A stretch of DNA of 62,098 nt, the filler included, from Stramenopiles sp. TOSAG23-6 (Eukaryota): NCBI GenBank assembly GCA_900128565.1. It is 22 parts of 22 records of this genome, joined end to end, with 100 filler letters (N's around TTAATTAATTAA, not from the genome) between each part and the next. Parts side by side here need not be neighbours in the genome. Positions count along the whole stretch, not along the records: positions 59,391 to 62,098 come from LT637864.1; 21 more parts are not named here. One strand, given 5' to 3'. Positions 59,503 to 62,098 of the stretch are shown piece by piece. The notes under the pieces were generated by a model that was not told the origin of the DNA, searched no databases, and was given only the letters and a program-made list of their open reading frames with translations. The position numbers were made by a program, and so were the translations under genes. The first letter of the stretch is position 1; each line of letters opens with the position of its first letter.

Positions 59503-61245
59503 ATGTACCAATATTCTTTAATCAAAGTGTGTATCCTTGTAACACTTGTTGCGAAGGAAATGACTACCATTGACGCGACCACTGATGCGAAAACGTTGGT
59601 CGTGGAAGAGCAGAAGTTTGATAATAAAACCCTCTTAGGAGAAATTCAAACTGCGCGCCAAACAAGAAACAATAAAATACTCAATAATGATAACCCTAAT
59701 TCTAAACATGAGAGAAATGTAAGTTCAATAGAAGAGAATATTCGAAAGCTAAAGTCAAAAAGGAACCAACTACTTCATCATTCAAATCATTCAAGTGAGA
59801 AGATAAGAGATATAGCAAAAACATTGACGGCACAAGCAATTGAGAAAGCACCTACATATACCCCCAATGTTAATTTTGTGCAGACGGATCCGGAGTTGGG
59901 GGAAACTGCCCATACACTGGTAAAAGAGACGGCAAAAGGCTTAATTGAGGAATCTGGGGGGATATCTCAAGCGGTTGATAAAGCACAGAGCTTGTATGAT
60001 GACCAACAAGACGTCGAGCAAAAGCTAGAACAGTCACATGCACAATTAATTTCAGCAAGGCGGGCGCTTGACGCGAAAATGGAGATCCACAACGCCGTGC
60101 GTAGTGAAGAGAATGCAAGAAAAGAAAAAGAAGCAGCGACTAGAATTCAAGCTCATCTGTCAAAATTAGAAACAGAAGCGGATCTTGCAAAACAACAACA
60201 TCAACATGAGGATTTAGAAATATTGGGTTTGAAACCGGGATATACTTCTGAGGAGTTGCGTAAAGCTTATAAGCTTCGAGCTAGGCAAACTCATCCTGAC
60301 AAAGGAGGCGATACAGCAGAGTTCCAACGCGTGAATGACGCTCATCAAAAGTTATCGCGAGAAGCATCTGAAAACAGACCTCAACATGAAAATTCTGCAG
60401 AAAAAGCAGAAAGAAAAACACAAGAAGCATATGCAGTAAAAGAAGAAACAAAAGAAACAAAAGAGAGAATAAACGATGAGCGTTTAATAGAGAACGGGCG
60501 GAGTGATAACCTCATATGGCCTAGGGAAACTTATTCCTGGAACGTAGCTAGTCAGTACTCATTGCCAGAAGTAGCTAGTCAATACTTGTTTCCAGAAGTA
60601 TCTGGAAACAGATATCAACATGAAAATTCTGCAGAATTATTACGAATTGAAGACAAACAACCTACAGCAGCAGCAGAAGCAAAAGCAATAGCAGATAGAG
60701 AAACAACAGAAGCAGCAGCAGAAACAGAAAGACAACAAAGAGCAGCAGAAGTAGCAGCAGAAGCAAAAAGACAACAAAGAGAAGCAAGTTCAATTCAAGC
60801 TGATGTTCGTGCGAGAAACCGAATAACACAAGAAGCAGAAGCAAAAAAAGAAGAAGCAAATGCAAAAACAGAAACAGAAACAACAAAAGCAGCAAACGTT
60901 GCACGACTAGCAATTAAAATCCGGATGTTTAGAGACCAGTTTTTACAGCAAGAGAATGCAAGAAAAGAAAGAGAAAACGCAGCACCTGGTCTTGATGAAA
61001 ACGGTATTAGTAGTATACATTTGGGTAGTACTGGCGATATTGGTGATGGATCGGCCGACCGCAGAATAATCTCCAATGAAGAAGTTAGTAATACACGAAC
61101 GGCTTTGATTACGGCATTAGCCGTGCGACCTGGTGCTGTAAAAGAAGCACCAAAAAAGGCAAGTATAATTCAAGCTCGCTATCGAGGAAACAAAGGAAGA
61201 CAATTGGGAAAATCGATAAAAGCAGAAAAAGAGAAAATTCAGTAG
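59503..61245 (+). CDS. J-domain protein with coiled coils, IQ-like motifs and hydrophobic leader
   Basis: ILGL..ELRKAYK..THPDKGGD..FQRVNDA; AATRIQA, IIQARYRG. Confidence 0.8.
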   Translation: MYQYSLIKVCILVTLVAKEMTTIDATTDAKTLVVEEQKFDNKTLLGEIQTARQTRNNKILNNDNPNSKHERNVSSIEENIRKLKSKRNQLLHHSNHSSEKIRDIAKTLTAQAIEKAPTYTPNVNFVQTDPELGETAHTLVKETAKGLIEESGGISQAVDKAQSLYDDQQDVEQKLEQSHAQLISARRALDAKMEIHNAVRSEENARKEKEAATRIQAHLSKLETEADLAKQQHQHEDLEILGLKPGYTSEELRKAYKLRARQTHPDKGGDTAEFQRVNDAHQKLSREASENRPQHENSAEKAERKTQEAYAVKEETKETKERINDERLIENGRSDNLIWPRETYSWNVASQYSLPEVASQYLFPEVSGNRYQHENSAELLRIEDKQPTAAAEAKAIADRETTEAAAETERQQRAAEVAAEAKRQQREASSIQADVRARNRITQEAEAKKEEANAKTETETTKAANVARLAIKIRMFRDQFLQQENARKERENAAPGLDENGISSIHLGSTGDIGDGSADRRIISNEEVSNTRTALITALAVRPGAVKEAPKKASIIQARYRGNKGRQLGKSIKAEKEKIQ

Positions 61246-61607
61246 AAGCAAGCAGCAGCGAAAATGAATAATTTAAGACAGAGCATTGACGAAATAAAAA
61301 AAAAAAAAAAAATATCAACAAACGAAAAAGAACAACAAACCTACGTTGGTCCGACTGGGGGCCCTGCTGTTCAATCNGATANGTAAAAANCACTGTACAA
61401 AAAAAAGAAATGCTTTTTTTTGTTTGAAAAATCATTACCAAAATTCCGTACTTGGAAAAAACACTGCAAACCGTACTTTTCATCTGAGTCGTCCTAAAAT
61501 CGCATAATAAACCCAAATGTGTACTACATTTTAATCAAACTATTGATATTAAAAGCATTAAAATCTCTATTAATTTTTTTTTATATTCTAAATTATTATT
61601 GTTTAAA

Positions 61608-62098
61608 CTACATTTGTAAAACTTTTTTCTTTGTTCTTACAATTTTCTTTTTTTTCATTCTCACAATCTTTTTCGTTTTATTCTTCATTTTCTTTGTATT
61701 TTCGAAACTTTCTTCATCAATTTTGTTTTTATTTGATTCAAAATGATCTTTCCCAATCATTTGTTCAATTGATTCATGCATCTTTGTAAAAAATTCATTT
61801 CTATAAATAGGTTTAATATTTGTTACAAAGTTATTGTCATGATCATTTTCCATCGATATTTTGTTTTTCTTCTCAATAGCTAAATGTTTAATTTTTTGCT
61901 TTGCTTTATCATGATGTGTTTTTGAAAAGTATATAGGTTTTTGAGGTCCTAGAAGAATCGATGCTGTTTTGGGACCTAATCCAGAAAGAAGCATTTTTTT
62001 ATGAATATTTGTTTGAGTATTTTCTGATATATTTACTTTCCTTTTTTGTAATTTTTCCATATTTTTCATATTTTTCATATTTATTTGGTCTTGTTGAA
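61608..62098 (-). CDS. Lys-rich C-terminal fragment, unknown
   Basis: Open frame from window edge to TAG. Confidence 0.5.
   Translation of the reverse strand, partial: QQDQINMKNMKNMEKLQKRKVNISENTQTNIHKKMLLSGLGPKTASILLGPQKPIYFSKTHHDKAKQKIKHLAIEKKNKISMENDHDNNFVTNIKPIYRNEFFTKMHESIEQMIGKDHFESNKNKIDEESFENTKKMKNKTKKIVRMKKKKIVRTKKKVLQM

Overview
Eukaryotic, AT-rich draft genome: 22 unrelated scaffolds of ~2.7 kb joined by an artificial N..TTAATTAATTAA..N linker. The host is probably a flagellated stramenopile (mastigoneme-type EGF C-terminus, SPEF1, Sfi1-like repeats, TTAGGG repeats). A fold-back chimera suggests whole-genome amplification. Recognisable genes: IP3R-like channel, GAF protein, MLH3, importin-alpha, SPEF1, COG8, GT31, DUF2103, EEP, F-box/RCC1, ANK-LRR, NDUFAF7, Skp1-like, SEL1 and a J-domain protein. 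One GC-rich scaffold (gamma-COP, Derlin) looks foreign. The main signal is one family of near-identical, mostly ~90-140 nt introns (~35 complete, ~20 partial copies). Consensus: GTAYGTTTTATTTTTTTTCAATTTCGAATTTATTTTTCGTACGAAATTTTGTACCTAAC-(A/T-rich)-GAAATATTTTTCCAAAATACAT. Removing them restores conserved proteins only if the intron ends at YAT rather than AG (GT-AT introns). Nearby AGs are skipped, and rare AT-AT, GT-GT, GT-AC and GT-AG variants keep the same register. Short terminal inverted repeats and 2-4 bp flanking direct repeats make it an introner-like family with non-canonical 3' splice sites. All splicing is inferred from reading frames only.
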